Assembly: GCA_043228905.1 (NCBI GenBank) | Contig: JBHGNT010000004.1 | Coordinates: forward strand, 7,254,001 to 7,318,000 | DNA from: Azolla caroliniana | Lineage: Eukaryota > Plantae > Polypodiophyta | Reading direction: 5' to 3' | Length of the DNA: 64,000 nt | Shown here: positions 36,185 through 49,654 of the stretch, piece after piece | How the letters are laid out: each line of letters begins with the position of its first letter | Numbering within the stretch: position 1 is the stretch's first letter | Notes under the pieces: model-generated | Told to the model about the DNA's origin: nothing | Database searches by the model: none | What the model saw: only the letters and a program-made list of their open reading frames with translations | Position numbers and translations under genes: made by a program

Positions 36185-36217
36185 CGACATATTACCTATT
36201 TCAAATGACCCGGTGTT
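36185..36217 (-). repeat. Right TIR AACACCGGGTCATTTGAAATAGGTAATATGTCG
   Basis: Reverse complement of 28555-28587 with 2 mismatches. Confidence 0.93.
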
Positions 36218-39101
36218 TGCGGCAGATTTGTAAGGACGATCGCATATGGAACCGTAACTAAACGTGGAGGCCACACAACTAAAGTAAATGTCATGTGGGA
36301 CGCATGCAACTGAACATGGAGGCCATGCAACTAAAGTAAATGTCATGTGGGACGCATGCAACTGAACATGGAGGCCATGCAATTAAAGTAAACGCCATGT
36401 GGGACACATGTAACTAAGTTAGAGATGCAAACTAGAGTTCCTTCATGCAAGTGCAGATATCTCAAAACCCTAACCCTAATTTTTCTTATCTAAGTTATAT
36501 CTCAAAACCCCTAACCATAATCTTTCTTATCTAAGCCATATCTCAAAAACCCTAACCCTAATTTTTCTTATCTAAGCCATATCTCAAAAACCTTAACCCT
36601 AATTTTTCTTATCTAAGCCATATCTCAAAAACCCTAACCCTAATTTTTCTTATCTAAGTCATATCTCAAAGACCCTAATTTTTCTTATCTAAGTCATATC
36701 TCAAAGACCCTAATTTTTCTTATCTAAGACATATCTCAAAAACCCTAACCCTAATTTTTCTTATCCAAGCCATATCTCATAAACCGTAACCCGAATTTCT
36801 GGAAAAACCCAAAAATTCATAAAACCCTAATCTGTTAATCTGTTAATCTCCGTAAGCCTAAAACTTTTGTAATCCCAGTCTTCGGATAGATTGTAATTTT
36901 TCTTTTCTTTGCTAATGAAAATTACCAAACTTTCTCATTTTGGTTAATTCACCAAACATAAACACATGAATCTGGTATCCTCAGGTCGGAGGCCCCGGGG
37001 TCCTGCCTCAAGTTCACGCATCTTTGTCATATTTTCGCGACTTCAAAAACAACAGGATTTATTTTCTTGACCACCATTTTGTATTTCGTGCTAACTTTGA
37101 CCATCTCGGCCATGATACTTCGTTATACTCGTCGATGGCAACGTATATTTCAATGGAGTTTATCTGAATTATTTGTTGGTTATGAGGCTTCCTCCATAAC
37201 CCATTTGATGCTTTCATCGCCTTCCATTATTTGTTCTTATCTTAAAGACTCCTCAAAGCTTTGCATCTGAGATTTCTCTTCTTTGCGAAATGTGCTTATT
37301 TTGCACACTCCATTAGGGGGCTACGTATAACCCTCCTACCACAAATTCGCAAACTTTCTTCCTTCTTGGGGGCATATTCTTGTTCGGACTATTCATGCCC
37401 CACTCGCAAATAGCGCGACCTAAAAATCCGAAGCATCTTCTCTGAGATTATCCTGATTCCTTTCGCGGTTGGCATGTACAGTCAAGAACTGTAGCATGGC
37501 CTTCTTTCCGTCAAGACTCCTTACTTCAGTAAATGCTGCACCATTGTCGAACACTTTGGTTTCCATCCGGGATAATGCTATGTATGGTTGGCGGATGGGA
37601 TGTCGAGTCTTGAACAAAAAAATGTTGATCTATCTCGACATCGGCAATCGTGATAGGGACACTAGGACATGTGCCATATAAGTCCTCAATAGCTTTTGTT
37701 GCCGCACGGATCTTCCACCCATGATTCGTATTTATGGGCCATCTTTCCTTTTTGTAGACCTCAGTCGACATAAGATTGATCTCAGACCCATGGTCTATTA
37801 AAGCTACTATTGTTTCCTTTCTTTCTCCCAACTTCACTAGCGTCTTTGTCGTCGCTTGTGTCCAATGAGGCCAAGTATCATGATTGTCCACCATATCTTC
37901 ATTGACTTCATCCCTTGCCATCATAATGGCTTTTGCTTTTGCTTTTGCTTTTTGTGGTTTCTCTTCTTCCTCGCCTAAGTATTGTCTCTTTCTTTTTACG
38001 AGGTTCACGATCGTATCATGGAACTCATTTTTTGTAATTCCAAGAAATTCCCTCAAGTACAAGTTCACGTGGCTATCAAGAACACGTTCCTCGAGAATCT
38101 TCTTCACATCCGTCTTCTGTTCTATGTCTGACCTTAGCTTATAGGTGGGCATAGTTTTCCCTTTCCTAACGGGGTCTTCGACATCAACCCTCATGGGTCA
38201 AGCCGTTTCTCAGACTCTTTTGCTTGAGCCCCCTTTCTAGCTTAGATTCCCAACATCCATCCATAAAGCTTGACTTGCTTCCACATATTCTTTCATTTTC
38301 GTGCTCCTTGTTTCAAGTCTTTTTGGTGGGCCGTCTTGCCCTTCCATTCTTTTTCTCTTTTCATCCATGAGCACGTCGTGGTTGTCGCACATAACTTCCT
38401 CGAGTATGGTACTGTCATCCACCAGATCGGACCATTCGGCCCTATTTTGCACATTTCGGTCTGCAAGCTCTACCTCGCCCAAAGTAATTTTTCCCTTCTT
38501 CTCATACTCGAGAATAGTAGACCAAAATCTTGTTCCCGATCTAGTAGCTTTGTTTTAATTTTTTCAAACTCTTATTTTGGCTGATGCAGCATAGTGCATC
38601 ACTTCCACATGAGTCGCCTCAGCATCTTCCATACCTTTCTTCAATCCCCCTCTTCGGACATTCACAATCACGGGTCTTCTAGTCTCACGTGAGCAGATCA
38701 TGTTGCCATCCATGTATACCAAATTTTGTCGGATGGCCTCACGAAAGCTTGCACAATCCCTTCTCATGTGGACCAAGATGTCGCACCACACATTTGAAGG
38801 GTTCTTTTCTTTTTGGACCCTAACGGTTCATGTTGGTTAGCATGACCATCTCAAGATTCTTTTCTAATTCTTCAATGATTTCATCATCAATTTTCTTTTC
38901 ATCCAGGTTGCTTTGTTTAGGCAGCTTAGACACTTTAGGTGGTCTCATTTTTTCTGCACTCAACCTTGCCAAGTGAGTGTCATCAAGCCATTGACAATTC
39001 TTGTCGAGCCTGTTGCACTCTCACTTCACCATAGTCCAATCTCTCACAAGCCCATTCGGTGGCGTGTCATCTTCGAGGAGAGTCCCCAATTCTCTTCTAT
39101 T

Positions 39102-40947
39102 TGTCACGGACACACCAACTGCAGACTCGGACAGAGCACGGATGATGGGGCTACGAGCATGGAACTTACAGCTAGGAATGATACAAGAGCATGAAGACAA
39201 AGATGAAGAAGGAGACAAGATGGAATGAAACGAGAATACTAGATTAGTGTGTCAATGATTGGTGTTCAATACCTTGAAAGGAACCAAGGAGGTTACAAGT
39301 ATTTATACAAGTTCTGAGATTGAATATCTCTAGGATATACTCGAGAAATATCTCTAGAATATACCTGTCTAGAATACACTGTACAATATTTCTAAAATAT
39401 ACTAATGACTAGAATATTCTGATTCTGAAATGTATTATATGCTAGACTATAGAATATTAAACTATATATATAAATGAATGCTCATATCAAAATGGTTGGG
39501 CATGACATCTTGTTTATGTGATGTTGTAGGTTCAATCCTCACCAACTATGTATTTCATGTCACTATGCCGTGACATTATCCTCCCCTTTACGGCCACTTT
39601 TTTGAAAGTGTGATGTAGGGGTGAGCGGGAAGTGGAGCGCTGATGGGCGTGAGAAACCATGTGTTGTCCTCACCGGAGACACGAGCACCAACGTACATCA
39701 GTGATCATGTGCGGTCCTCACTAGAGACTAGAATGTTGATGAGCGTGAGTGACCATGTGCGGTCCTCATCGGAGACTAGAACATTGACGGACGTGAGCGA
39801 CCATGTGCGGTCCTCATCGGGAACATGAACGGGCTTGAGCGACCATGCGGTCCTCACCGAGAGCTGGAACACGAACGGGAGTGAGCGACCATGCGGTCCT
39901 CACCGGGAGCTGGAACACAAATGGGAGTGACCGACCATGTGGTCCTCACCGAGAACTGGAGCACGAACGGGAATGAGCAACCATGTGTGGCCCTCACCAG
40001 GAATTGGAACGTGAGTGGCCATGCGGTGAGGTGAGGATTGGAATAGGAACAGGAGTGAGCGACCATGCGGTCCTCACCGAGAACTGGAACACGAACGGGA
40101 GTGAGCGACCATGCGGTCTTCATTGAGAATTGGAACACGAACGGGAGCAACCAAGCAAAGGAGTGCAAGTGAAGCGGTCGACTCGACTTCTTCTATCATG
40201 AGAGGGTAAATAGTCGAGGTTGACCCAAAACACGACACAAATGGTAGCGCTAGCGAGAAACGACGTGATCCTCACTAGGAAAGTGAGCGGTTGTGATCCC
40301 CAACGGAACTAGGAAGGTGGGCGATCGAAATCGATCCTTGTCAAAAGAAAGTGGAGCTAAATGTGGACCAAAATGAAAATAGAGTGCAAGTGAATGGAGT
40401 GATGCGAGAAATGATTCAATCCCCACCACAAAAGTGTGCAGTTGTAACCCCCACCGGAAGTGGGAATGTGGCGATCGAAATCGATCCTCGCCAAAGGAAA
40501 GTGGAGCAAAATGTAGACCAAAATGAAAAGGGAGTGCAAGCGAGCAATGATTCGATCCCCACCAAGAAAGTGAGCAGTTGTAACCCCCACCGGAACTGTG
40601 AAGGTGAGCGATCAAAATCAATCCATGCAAAGTGTTAATGACGGTGAAGGTTGGGTGAAGTAGCGTTTGATGAAAGACAACAAGAGGTGTTGGAAATGAT
40701 GATGTCAAAGACAAGGTAAGGAAGACGATGATGATGAGGAAGCATCTCTAAAACCAAGGATGTTAAGGATGGTAACTCTGGAAGCAAGGAAGGTGATAAT
40801 GGTAACTCCAAATTGGAAGGTGATAATGGTCTCGAAGATTGGTGATGTTTTCAATTGGAAGGGATTCAAATTGTCACGGACACACCAACTGCGGACTCGG
40901 ATAGAGCACAAAAGATGGGGCTACGAACGTGGAAATTATGAAGCTAC
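39102..40947 (-). mobile_element. Short non-coding/deleted LTR element nested in gag of copy C
   Basis: LTR 39102-39575 (TGTCACGG...CCGTGACA) with adjacent PPT AGGGGAGGA. A truncated second LTR starts at 40872 with the same sequence. It interrupts gag at VDVK|DRRELG. Confidence 0.75.
39645..40150. repeat. ~51-bp degenerate tandem repeat (GAGCGACCATGCGGTCCTCACCGAGA...GGAACACGAACGG)
   Basis: About 10 copies seen directly. Confidence 0.85.
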
Positions 40948-42183
40948 TTTCACATCCACTACTTTCAGGAAGTACAAAGTCTTGTCCTCCTCAAGTAGCA
41001 CTTGGTCCATGGGGGGGAGACGACTAAACATCTAGTCGATCTCGTCATATACCCTCAAGCGCTCATCTTTTTATTTTTCTTCTCTATCCACTTCATCAAG
41101 ATATGTCGAGTCATCCTCAACAAATCCTCGATCGCGAACTCCGCTAAAATTGCTTTCTCGAACTCAAACCACATTGTCCTCCCTTCTTGAAGCTTGATGT
41201 CCTGCCTTTGGACGTTGTTGGCGACAACTCGCTTAAAACTTGAGATTTGATGTGCTTGGCTCACGTCCCTTTGATTCATCTCCCTTTTGTATGCATCAAG
41301 GAACTCTGTAATGTTCCTCGCATTAAATTGACCCACGACCTCCACAACGCGGTCAACGGCCTTCTCACACTCACATCATTGTCCCGGGATCTCATCATTT
41401 GCTCTACGTTTACCATCATTCTTTCAAATTCTCCCGCTTGATTGCGTGTGGATGCCATCTCTAGGTATCAGTCGATTCTTGCCTTGAGTCTCCCTACCAC
41501 TTCTTTCACACCGAGTTCACCAAGAAAGATACCAAGGAAAATCCTTGTGTGTTAGTCAAATGAATCGGAACCGTTGGGGTTCTGAATTGGAAAGGACGTT
41601 CGTCAAACTAGCGAAAAGACGAAGATGCGATGAACATAAGATGTGAGGGAAACAAGGCTACACTTGAGAAGATCGTAAATTGTTATAGTTGAGAAGAGGA
41701 GGGATAAGAAGAAGATTAAGAAGAAGATTAAGAAGAAAATTATTATTATTATTATTATTATTATGGCTTTGACCCCTTGCCTTCAACTTTAAGAGACAGT
41801 ATACTTTTTCAATGAGCTAACTCATTTTTCCATCCTCTTGCTTATATAGGTACCCCCATGCACATGATGCATGTTAGGGTACAAGATATGCATACAATGC
41901 ATGGAATGCATGATTGACATTTAGCACTCATGTATTACATGTGATGCATGATAACCATCTCGCTCCTTCGAGTTCTCATGTATGAAAATTTACATGGAAT
42001 AAGTATAATGATGAAAAAATATTTACATGTCTAGAAAAGACATATTAGATTAGTGGTATGTACTGTCTACTTGGTATATAAGGTTGTAGATTCAAGTCTC
42101 TCAAATGTCACTTAGTATAATACTTGAGTATATATATATATATATATATATCGTGAAAATATTCCTTCACGACACCCACGACA

Positions 42184-43106
42184 ACGTGAAATCAAAGTTT
42201 TTCATCATCTTTCAGCCAGATCTATCCGCAACCAGCTCAACTTCCTTCCTTGCTATAGGTTCTCATCTTTTTGGCAGGTTTGTCCGACCGACGTTTCCTT
42301 TCCGTTGTCCCACACAGCACCCACGAATCTGAATAGACACAAAGAAATAGCAACAGAAAACAAGAACAAGATAGTCAACAGAGTACAAGTAGGTGTTTTC
42401 TTAATTGGCACATAGACCAAGTTACAATAACAACGCTTGGCCAAACTCAACACGACCACGATACAATGGGAAAGAAAAGCTCCCAACTTGTGTACTCGTG
42501 ACACTTTTTCTCATCAAATTGAGTCTACCACCACGCGAACGGCAAGTTCTCGATCTCGCAATAGCGAATGTAAGTGGACACTGACCCTAGACAAGCCTCT
42601 GAACAGTGAGCACTCGGGCTCATGACAGTGAACGGAGGCCTCGTACCACCACAATGAGTTGCTTTGTGGAGCAGAGCGGCGTGAGAGGCTCGGCAGAGCA
42701 AGAGAAGAGAAAGAGCTTCGAGCACCTAGATCCTGCACACAAAAAAACGAAAGAAAAAGAAAAGGTGAAGAAGCCCCCATTTGTGAGCACCCCTCTCCCC
42801 GTTATAGCCCAAGGGAGAGGTGCCACTTACATTGAATGGGGAAAATATTCCTCCCCTTTTCAGAGGGGAATATATTTGGGGCACAAATCAAGGCCCCAAT
42901 TGATTTGGCTCTATTGAGCCATGTGCTACATTAACTCCCCTTTCCCCTCACTCTCACATATGCCTCAATACTCTGTACTCATTCCCATACTTCCTTCTAC
43001 GCGTGCATGTGCAAACTAATACTCCCTTTGTGTGTGCACACATTACACATTCCCAATTTGCCACTTTTTGATGATTTTCTCACCGTTGCCGAAAATCTTC
43101 ACGATG
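42184..43106 (-). mobile_element. Possible further LTR of the same gypsy superfamily
   Basis: 43072-43106 reverse complement (CATCGTGAAGATTTTCGGCAACGGTGAGAAAATC) resembles the start of copy A's LTR. The other boundary is uncertain. Confidence 0.4.
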
Positions 43107-44078
43107 TTAAAAGTGCTTTCTTCACTCTGGATGTCCTCATAATGGGCACATCAAATCCACTATACTCATTGTCTAGTGAGTGAGCCGATTCGTTTCTGTC
43201 GGCATGGTCGTCTTCATATTCCAGCATTTTGGCCTTCCCTTTGTCCGATTTTGGACTCGGTCGCGGCGTCTATGATTGCTTGGAGTCTCTTGAGGTCCAG
43301 TCAGCCTGGTTAAGATTGGACTTTCCTCTAATGTAGTCATCAGCTGATCATCCTCCTGCGAGTCTATATCGAGATTAACCGCAATCGGTTAGAATGGAGC
43401 AGTAGATCAGTTGTGTACCAGGATGCCGATTTGTCTTAAGGAGGTGTCTTGTTCCAAGGTTTATTCCTTGAAAAATAGTTTAGTTTTATTTTTGTGTGAG
43501 TGATAGTTGCATCCCTTTAATTAATTGATTACATCAACGTCGGCCCATTCCTCTTTCTACTCTTCTTATGTTTTTTAGTAAGAAGAGATGTCTCATATCT
43601 AGGTTTTTGAAGGTTGATGTTTTGGTCTGTCACATGTGACAAACTAAAATTGATGAGCTATGAATGAGACCTAGTCGCAAGTTCATGCATATTGCATTGC
43701 TTTCAATCAAGTTTTATTCCCTTTACAAGGGGTTACCATCCACATTAATGTTTAATCGATTTCCATTCATGTTTCACATACAAAGGACAATTTTTTGTTT
43801 TCCTTCAATAGGTGTAGTCATGCAAACCTTAAGCATTTCTTACCTCGGATATATTTGATTCTCTCATTTTCTCTATCTAGTTTGATATGTTTGCTAGGCT
43901 AGTGAGTTTCTTTGATGCGCTCATATCAACTTAGCCGATTAATTTGGCTAGTGAGTTTCTTTGAAGAGCTCGTATCAACTTAGGAGATTAATTTGGCTGC
44001 AAGAAAAAAATCTCTTATGATATATAGAGGGTTTAGGGTTGTATTATGTATATATAAGTTAATTTCGCTCTCTTATTT

Positions 44079-44190
<112 letters not shown>

Positions 44191-44825
44191 GATTGTTTGT
44201 TTGTTTGTTTGTTTATATATTTATTTTGTTTGTTTGTTTTTATTTATTCATTTGGTTATTTTGTTATTTGTTTGTTTCGTTGGTTGGTTATGTATTTATT
44301 TATTTATCTGTTAGTATGTTTGTTTCACCAAAATGATAAGATTGTATGAAGAAATAGAGGTTGTCATAGAAAAATGTTCCAATTTAAGGGAGGATTCATT
44401 TTGTTTAGGAAGCGTGATTGAGTAAAAATTTGTAGACATTTGTGGCTTTGTTAATTATGGGAGGAACATCTCAGAGATCATCAAAAAAGTGTAGAAAAAA
44501 TAAGAAAAAAAAGATCAAATATTCTGAGAACACAACGAGATTATTTCTGTAGCTTTGATCATCTGATTCATGTGGTGGTGTCGAAAGGGTTTGCATTAAA
44601 CCTGAATTGTGGATCTAAATTAAAGGTTTGTAGCAAAACATGGTTGACTTGTGGAATAAGCCCCCCTAAGATGATGCTACAAGATTGACCCTTTGGTATG
44701 TCCAATATATGGCAGGATGGAGTCCCCATAGCATCTAAGTTTCACCCAGAATATATGAAAAACATTTGTTACTGGGTAAGCCTAAGAGGTATGCTTGCTT
44801 GTAGAGGAAATGTATCATGGTGACA

Positions 44826-47800
44826 TGTTGCAAATTGGTAGAGCAAAAAAACAAGAGGGAATTGTTCTGTTCTGCTCCGAATCGTGATGCAAGGACAACA
44901 AGGATGAAGAAGGAGCAGTGCTCCTTCTTAGTTGTAGTGTGCACAGTAGGAACAGGGGGGTGAGCAACAGTAGGATACAATTGACAACTCTCAATACAGT
45001 ATGAGGTTGGAGGTTACAACAAAGAGGAAGAGGTGGTGAATCTCTGCAACAGAGAGAAAGGGAGGAAAAACGACAGAGAGGAAGAACACTCTCACTCACT
45101 CACTCACACTCACTAAACTCTCTCTCTCTCTCCCCACACTACTAAGTGGAAGACCAGTTTTTGGCCTTTTCACACTTAGCATGTATCGGGGGTACATGTA
45201 AAACAATCTCCCACTAAAAGGCCTAAACTAGGAGTACAAATAATGGAAGGTTGACCTGTACAAGACCTAGACCTATACCTCTCACTTGATGGGCATGTTA
45301 CACAATGTACACAACAAGTGTGTAACGTAAGGCACTAAGTAATTCCCATCAAGTAAGAACAATGCTCCAACGCATCTTGTGGTAAGGCCTTGGTCAATGC
45401 ATCTGCGGCATTTTCGCGAGAAACAACCTTCTCAAGGCTAATACAACCATTAGCTACGCATTCCCGAATGAAATGGTATCACACACCAATATGTTTGGTC
45501 TTCACATGATATATCGGGTTCTTAGCCAAAGCAATGGCACTCTGACTATCACAAAACAGTTTGGGTACATGTTGCAGTATACCCATGTCACTAGCTAATC
45601 GAGACAACCAAATTGCTTCCTTACATGCCTCACTGGTTGCAACATACTCGGCCTCTATAGTTGACAATGCGACACAATCTTGGAGACGGAATCTCCAAGC
45701 AATGGCACCTCCCATAATCTGAAAGATGTACCCTTAAGTAGATTTTCTACTATCAGCACATCCGACATAATCTAAATCTGTGTATCCAATGATAGAGGCA
45801 TCCCCTTTACCTAAACAAAGGCACTTATCCTTAGTGCCACTCAAATATCTCAATATCAACTTGAATGCATCCCAATGTTTCTTACCAGGATTTGACATGA
45901 ATCGACTTACTGCTCTCACTGCAAATGCAATGTCTGGTCTAGTAGCCACCATGGCGTACATGAGACTCCCAACTGCGGATTGATAAGGAACCTTGGACAT
46001 GAATTCCTCCTCATCAGATGTGGGGCTATCACATGTGCTCAGCTTTACATATGTAGGCAATGGAGTGCTCAACGGCTCTGCATTCTCCATATTAAATCGC
46101 TTGAGCATTTTCGCTATGTACTCAGATTGAGACAAGTAAATGCATCGCTTACTCCTATCATGAGTAATACGCATACCAAGAATATGTTTTGCGTCTCCCA
46201 AATCCTTCATGTCAAAAATCTGGCTCAAGTTTTTCTTCAACAAGGATAACTCATCCTTGTTTTTACCAATGATAAGCATATCATCAACATAGAGTATCAA
46301 CATAATGGAACTCTCATCCGAACATTTTTTCGTATAAAGGCAAGGATCCTCATTGCTTCTGGTATATCCTTGAGACTTCATAAAAGCATCAAATTTCTGG
46401 CACCACAATCTCGGGGATTGTTTAAGCCCATACAAACTCTTCTTGAGTTTACATACCAAATTTTCTTTTCCCAAGATTTCATGACCTTCTGGTTATTCCA
46501 TATAAATATCCTCATCAAGGTCCCCATGTAAAAAGGCAGTCTTCACATCCATTTGGACTAATTCCAAATCCTGATTTGCAGCCAATGAAAGCAACATACG
46601 TAATGTAGTCATCTTAACTACAGGAGAGAAGGTTTCATCAAAATCAACTCCATGTTCTTGCTTGAAACCTTTGGCTACCAAGCGTGCTTTATACTTTGGG
46701 GAATTTACACTATCAGACGTATACTTGTACTTGTATACCCACTTGCATGGCAATGCTTTCCTGTCCTTTGGCAAAAGTACCAAATCCCAAGTATTATTCT
46801 TATAAATAATGTCCAATTCACTTTTCATGGCATGTTCCCACTTAGCATGATCACTAGCCAACATAGATTCTTTATAGCAAGAGGGTTCAGCTGCATCCAT
46901 TAACATCACATAGTCCGTGAGCTTAGTAGATTGCCATAACCAGAATCTCGAACATTATATGCCTCTCCAACTTGTGAGGAAACCATAGATTTCCTACGTA
47001 TTTCATCACCCAATAATGCTCCACTTATGTCATTATAGACCAATTTCCTGTTTGGTACACTAGCGCTAATAGCAGTGCAAAATGTGTCCCATGAGCTATG
47101 CAATGTGCATAGCAAAACTACAGCTTTCAGCTCATCATCCATGGTCATTTTCTGAGCTTGCAACTGCTACCATAATGCATCAAACTAATTTAAATGAGAC
47201 GCAACACTATTTTTATCCTTCATACGAAGTTCATATAGCTTTCTCATCAAATACACCTTGTTAACTACAGTTTCCTTCTCATTGGTATTGCATAGTTTTT
47301 TCCAAAGTTCTTCGAAGTTTTTGCTGTCTAAAACAGTAAAGTAGACATTATCCGCCAAGTGCAGTTTTATAGTGGACATGGTCAAGGCATCAAGTTCCTC
47401 CCAATCATCATCATCCATGTCATTTGGCTTCTTTGCTTTGCCGCCTAGGGGCCTCGTTTGCTTTCTTTGAACCAACACATCACGCATATGATTCTTCCAC
47501 AAAGCAAAATTAGATCCATCAAATTTTCGGATCTCAATATTATCTTTTCCCAAAAATGAATAGTTCTTACTTGAACTATTGCGAGGTCCAACAGAAGTGC
47601 TACTAGAAGCATCCAACATTTCAAACTCCATGGGAGTGAACGACGGTATCAGGCAACAAAAAACTAGTAGTTGTCTAGCTTATGGCAAACTATCAAAATT
47701 TGGTACCAATATTGCGTGCAACATGCACCACTGAAAGCATACAACTTCCAAAGTATCAGCTGCAAACTGTCAAAAAAGACTAATGCCACTCTTGCATATA

Positions 47801-48685
47801 ACACGCACCACTGAAAAACATATAATTTCCAAAATGTCAACGATACTGACTAGCATACATCTCCCAAATCACAAATTGTAGGCAACTGCTTTGTTATACA
47901 TTCACACTGACCCCAAATATCTCTTCCAAATATGACAACGATATTGACTAGCATACATCTCCCAAATCACAAACTGTAGACATCTGTTCTGCTATACATT
48001 CACACTGACCCCAAATCTCTCTTCCAAATGTGGCAGGGATCTCTCCCACCACAGCTTATTTCCACCAAACAATGTTTCGCATATGATAGATAAACAAAGA
48101 GTTTAACCAAGGGAAATACCTGTGAATGGCAGGCTCCTTTCTTCAATGTCGAAGATGTTGGAGTTGCCCAACAGTAGGTAGATGCTTCAGCTGAGCCCGA
48201 TACTCCAACGCTCGCCACACGAATCTCCTACGCTGCTACTACGAGTCTCGGATGCTCGTTGCTTCCGACTCCAAAGCTTCCTATCGTTGTCTCCCAAGCT
48301 CTGATACCACTATTGCAAATTGGTAGATCAGAAAACCAAGAGGGAATTGTTCTGTTCTGCTCCGAATCGTGATGCAAGGACAGGAAGGATGAAGGAGCGG
48401 TGCTCCTTCTTAGTTGTAGTGTGCACGCCAGGAACAGAGGGGCGAGCAACAGTAGGATACAATTGACAACTCTCAATACAGTAGGAGGTTGGAGGTTACA
48501 ACAAAGAGGAAGAGGTAGTGAATCTCTGCAACAGAGAGAAAGGGAGGAAAAACGATAGAGAGGAAGAAGACTCTCACTCACTCGCTCACACTCACTAAAC
48601 TCTCTCTCTCACTCCACACTACTAAGTGGAAGACCAGTTTTTGGCCTTTTCACACTTAGCATGTATCGAGGGTACATGTATAACA
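44826..48685 (-). mobile_element. Ty1/copia LTR retrotransposon lacking protease and integrase
   Basis: LTRs 44826-45205 and 48311-48685. PBS TGGTATCAGAGC at 48298-48309. PPT AGTGGGAGAT at 45206-45215. Gag (KFDGSNFALWK), RT ([17 protein letters not shown]), RNase H (STIEAEY). Confidence 0.92.
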
Positions 48686-49654
48686 ATCTCCCACTAAAAG
48701 GCCTAAACTAAAAGGCATTTTCTGAGGAAAAACATGTGGAATTATTTTAAAAGGGAATCAATTTTTTTATGTGATTTCTATGATTTTATGCTTGATGGGT
48801 ACACAAGGGTAAACATAGATCCAATATAACCACGTAATAACGAATTATGATTTACTCCTAACGTATTTGTGTCAAGAGGCAATTTTTTATTATTCTTCGT
48901 TTGATCGAAAACATGAGAAACATCTTGTGAATATGGATGGACATGAATGATACATCCAAACAAAGTATACTAGATACTTAACACGACGAGAAACTTGGTT
49001 CACATAAAAGCTTTGGTATATGAGGTAATCATTGAAAGAGACAATTTAATGTGTCCCCATGTGCCATGTGCAAGGACAAGTCAATTGGCATTGCAAACAG
49101 AATATTGTGGCATGAGATTTTTGGATGAATAATTATATTTATATCATGATTCTGCATGTTAATGCTCCCTCCATCCACATCACACATTATATATGATTTG
49201 CATAAAATATTGTTATTGATCTATCATCCACGTCTGTCTATCAAGTTCAAAAGTCTTGACATGGATTCCAATGGTTTAGACGGAGATCCAATGTGACATT
49301 GTGCCATCCAAGTTACGGCATGATTATAATTCAATTATGGAGGCCGATGGGGCTCTTATCATTACATATTTTTGGATACTTTTCAGTAATTGTGGGACGA
49401 GGAGAGGAATTTTTTTTTGTGTGAAATTTTGAGTAGTGTTTTCCTCCATGTCAATGAAATGTAGTAAGAAAAAGAAGAAAAAAAAAAAAGAAAAAAAAGA
49501 AGAAGATGGGACTTCACATTCCTGAACTGGAATTCATTACATGGAAAAGGGAGGAGGCAAAAATTATAGCTTTTTGTTCTGATACATACATATATTATAC
49601 CAACTAATTGCAAAGCAGCTTTTTAAACCAAAATAGTGAGCTTGTGCTTCCACC

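Larger units (their letters stand above)
28555..36217. mobile_element. Sola-like TIR DNA transposon (7,663 bp) carrying a ParB-like/amino-DNA-methyltransferase gene
   Basis: TIRs 28555-28587 and 36185-36217 match at 31/33. TGCG is duplicated at 28551-28554 and 36218-36221. Removing the element restores an LTR motif seen at ~28285 and ~22543. Internal DDD transposase present. Confidence 0.92.
22367..37041 (+). mobile_element. Ty3/gypsy tRNA-Trp-primed element, copy B; its 3' LTR hosts the DNA transposon
   Basis: 5' LTR remnant ~22367-23356 ends TTTTCGCGACA. PBS 23361-23378. Decayed gag-pol 23410-27870 is homologous to copy A. 3' LTR ~27950-28554 plus 36218-37041 matches the 5' LTR. Outer starts and TSD could not be recovered. 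Confidence 0.88.
37042..42174 (-). mobile_element. Ty3/gypsy tRNA-Trp-primed element, copy C (5' LTR + gag-PR, pol truncated)
   Basis: Gag-PR 41458-37420 is homologous to copy A (ALIDHGSEINLM, ...ASDF*). PBS 41505-41522. LTR-like segment ~41530-42174 starts TGTCGTGAAG on the minus strand. Confidence 0.82.

Noticed and set aside
36464-36795. CCCTAA repeats as a true telomere or as ends of the MTase element
   Set aside because: They lie outside the TIR/TSD boundary and are mirrored in the host retrotransposon's 5' LTR.
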